Below the pieces are notes generated by a model, which was not told the origin of the DNA, did no database searches, and worked only from the letters and a program-made list of their open reading frames with translations. The position numbers were made by a program, and so were the translations under genes. A stretch of DNA of 64,000 nt from Leucoraja ocellata (lineage: Eukaryota). This document shows positions 62,473 to 64,000 of the stretch, piece after piece (the first letter of the stretch is position 1; every line of letters begins with the position of its first letter). Location: the NCBI GenBank assembly GCA_036785375.1, contig JAWMAR010000008.1, positions 9,424,001-9,488,000 on the forward strand, given 5' to 3'.

Positions 62473-62967
62473 TAGTTTAGTTTAGTTTAGAGATACAGTG
62501 CAGAAACAGGTCCTTCAGCACACCAGGTCCGCACCGACTAGCGACCCCCGCACATCCTACACACACTGGGGACGATTTAGACTTACACCAAGTCAATTAA
62601 TCTACAAACCTGTACGTCTTTGGACTGCGGGAGGAAACCAAAGATCTCGGAGAAAACCCGTGTTGTTATGGGGAGAACATACAAACCCCGTACAGACAGC
62701 ACCCGTAATCTGGATTGATTACAGGTCCCTGGCGCAGCAAGCGCTGTAAGGCAGCAAATTCATTGGCTATATTTAAGAGCGAGTTAGATGTGGCCCTTGT
62801 GGCTAAAGGGATCAGGGGGTATGGAGAGAAGGCAGGTACAGGATACTGAGTTGGATGATCAGCCATGATCATATTGAATGGCGGTGCAGGCTCGAAGGGC
62901 TGAATGGCCTACTCCTGCACCTATTTTCTATGTTTCTAAATCTACTGCTGCATCACCGTGCCGCCCA
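62473..62967 (-). mobile_element. HE1-like SINE whose tRNA head is split by a CR1 tail
   Basis: (TTTAG)4 tail, V-domain, and head gcgctgtaaggcagcaa|...|tctactgctgcatcaccgtgccgccc. Confidence 0.8.
62759..62938 (+). mobile_element. Young CR1 3' tail nested in HE1
   Basis: Near-identical reverse complement of 25202-25388. Confidence 0.85.
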
Positions 62968-63694
62968 CTGGGAACAATCTGTTCTTGAATCTGGTGGTTA
63001 CAATGTTTAGGCTCCTGTACCTTCTTCCCGATAACTGTGGCAAAATTAGAGTGTAGATAAGTGGTGTGGGTCTTTGACGATATTGGCTGTCATTTTGAGG
63101 CAGAGCTGCGCATACATCCCTAACATGGTGGGGAGGTCTGTACCTGTGATAGATCGGGCAGTGTCTACCCCTTTCAGCAGCTTCCTATGTGCCTGGGACA
63201 GTTGCTGAACCAGGCCATGATGCAACCAGTCAATATACTGTCTACCGTACACCAGTAAAAGTTCCATAGAGTATTCAGTGACATATTTAATGCCGTCAAT
63301 CTTCTAAGGATGTAGAGGCGTTGATGAGTTTCTTTGTAATTGCATCGATGAGTTGGGCCCAAGACGGTTCTTCAGAGATATGCACACCCAGTAACTTGAA
63401 GCTGCGTTACTGGTGACTCTCTCCACCTCCGTCCGATTGAACCACAGTTTTATGGATCCCCACGTTTCCGCTCCTGAAGTCAACACTCAGCTCTTTGGAC
63501 TTGATAATTTTGATTGTTGCTCTGGCACAATTCTAGAGATTTTCAATCTCCCTTCTACACTCTGACCTGTTATTTGTCCAACAACAGTGGTAACATTTGT
63601 GAATTCAAAGATGTCATTGGAGATGTGTCTGGATACACAGTCATTGGTTTAGAGAGAGTAGAGCATGGTACTGAACTTGCATTCCTCCAAGTCG

Positions 63695-63945
63695 AGAGAC
63701 CTAGTTCTAGTTTGATGTTAGGTTTGGGGAGGATAACTCAAAGCTGTCATTGTTTGACCGACAGTCTGACATACATTTCTACCTTGTTCAACATGATCCC
63801 ACCACCAGTCTCATCTTCTCATCCCCACCCCTTTCTACTTTCCACAGAGAGCACATCCTCCACAACTCCTTGGTGTGCTCTCCCTTCTCACTTCTCACCC
63901 AAACCGCCCCTTCCTCAGGTACTTTCTCCTGCAACTGCAGGACAT
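63695..63945 (+). mobile_element. Penelope ORF fragment (post-RT region)
   Basis: Peptide LVQHDPTTSLIFSSPPLSTFHREHILHNSLV...GTFSCNCR. Confidence 0.7.
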
Positions 63946-64000
63946 TTAGTTTAGTTTAGTTTATTGACATGTGTACAGTGAAAACCTTTATTTTCCAACA

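Larger units (their letters stand above)
62205..63690 (-). mobile_element. Rex1/Babar LINE 3' part hosting nested insertions
   Basis: Peptide QRLYILRRLTALNMSLNTLWNFYWCTVDSILTGCIMAWFSNC (Rex1/Babar C-terminus). Confidence 0.75.

Overview
This window is vertebrate genomic DNA, most likely from a skate or ray. That is inferred from abundant HE1-type SINEs, HER1/CR1 LINE tails and Penelope terminal repeats. I can support only one host coding exon: the ATG-bearing cwf21-domain exon of SRRM3 (minus strand, 1666-1910). The rest is probably its large first intron or upstream region, densely filled with transposons. Highlights: (1) a degenerate ~41-bp tandem array of REST/NRSF RE1 silencer motifs just upstream of the SRRM3 exon; (2) a 3.8-kb DIRS1-type tyrosine-recombinase retrotransposon with intact gag, both termini and its internal complementary region, but with the RT core deleted; (3) a 130-bp TSD-flanked retroelement whose 5' end is exactly a minimal HDV-like ribozyme fold; (4) Penelope terminal repeats with hammerhead-like cores; (5) a non-autonomous Helitron carrying minisatellites; (6) two LINE 3' ends that resemble teleost-type and invertebrate-type families; (7) several nested insertions. 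Family assignments come from motif recognition by eye, not database searches.
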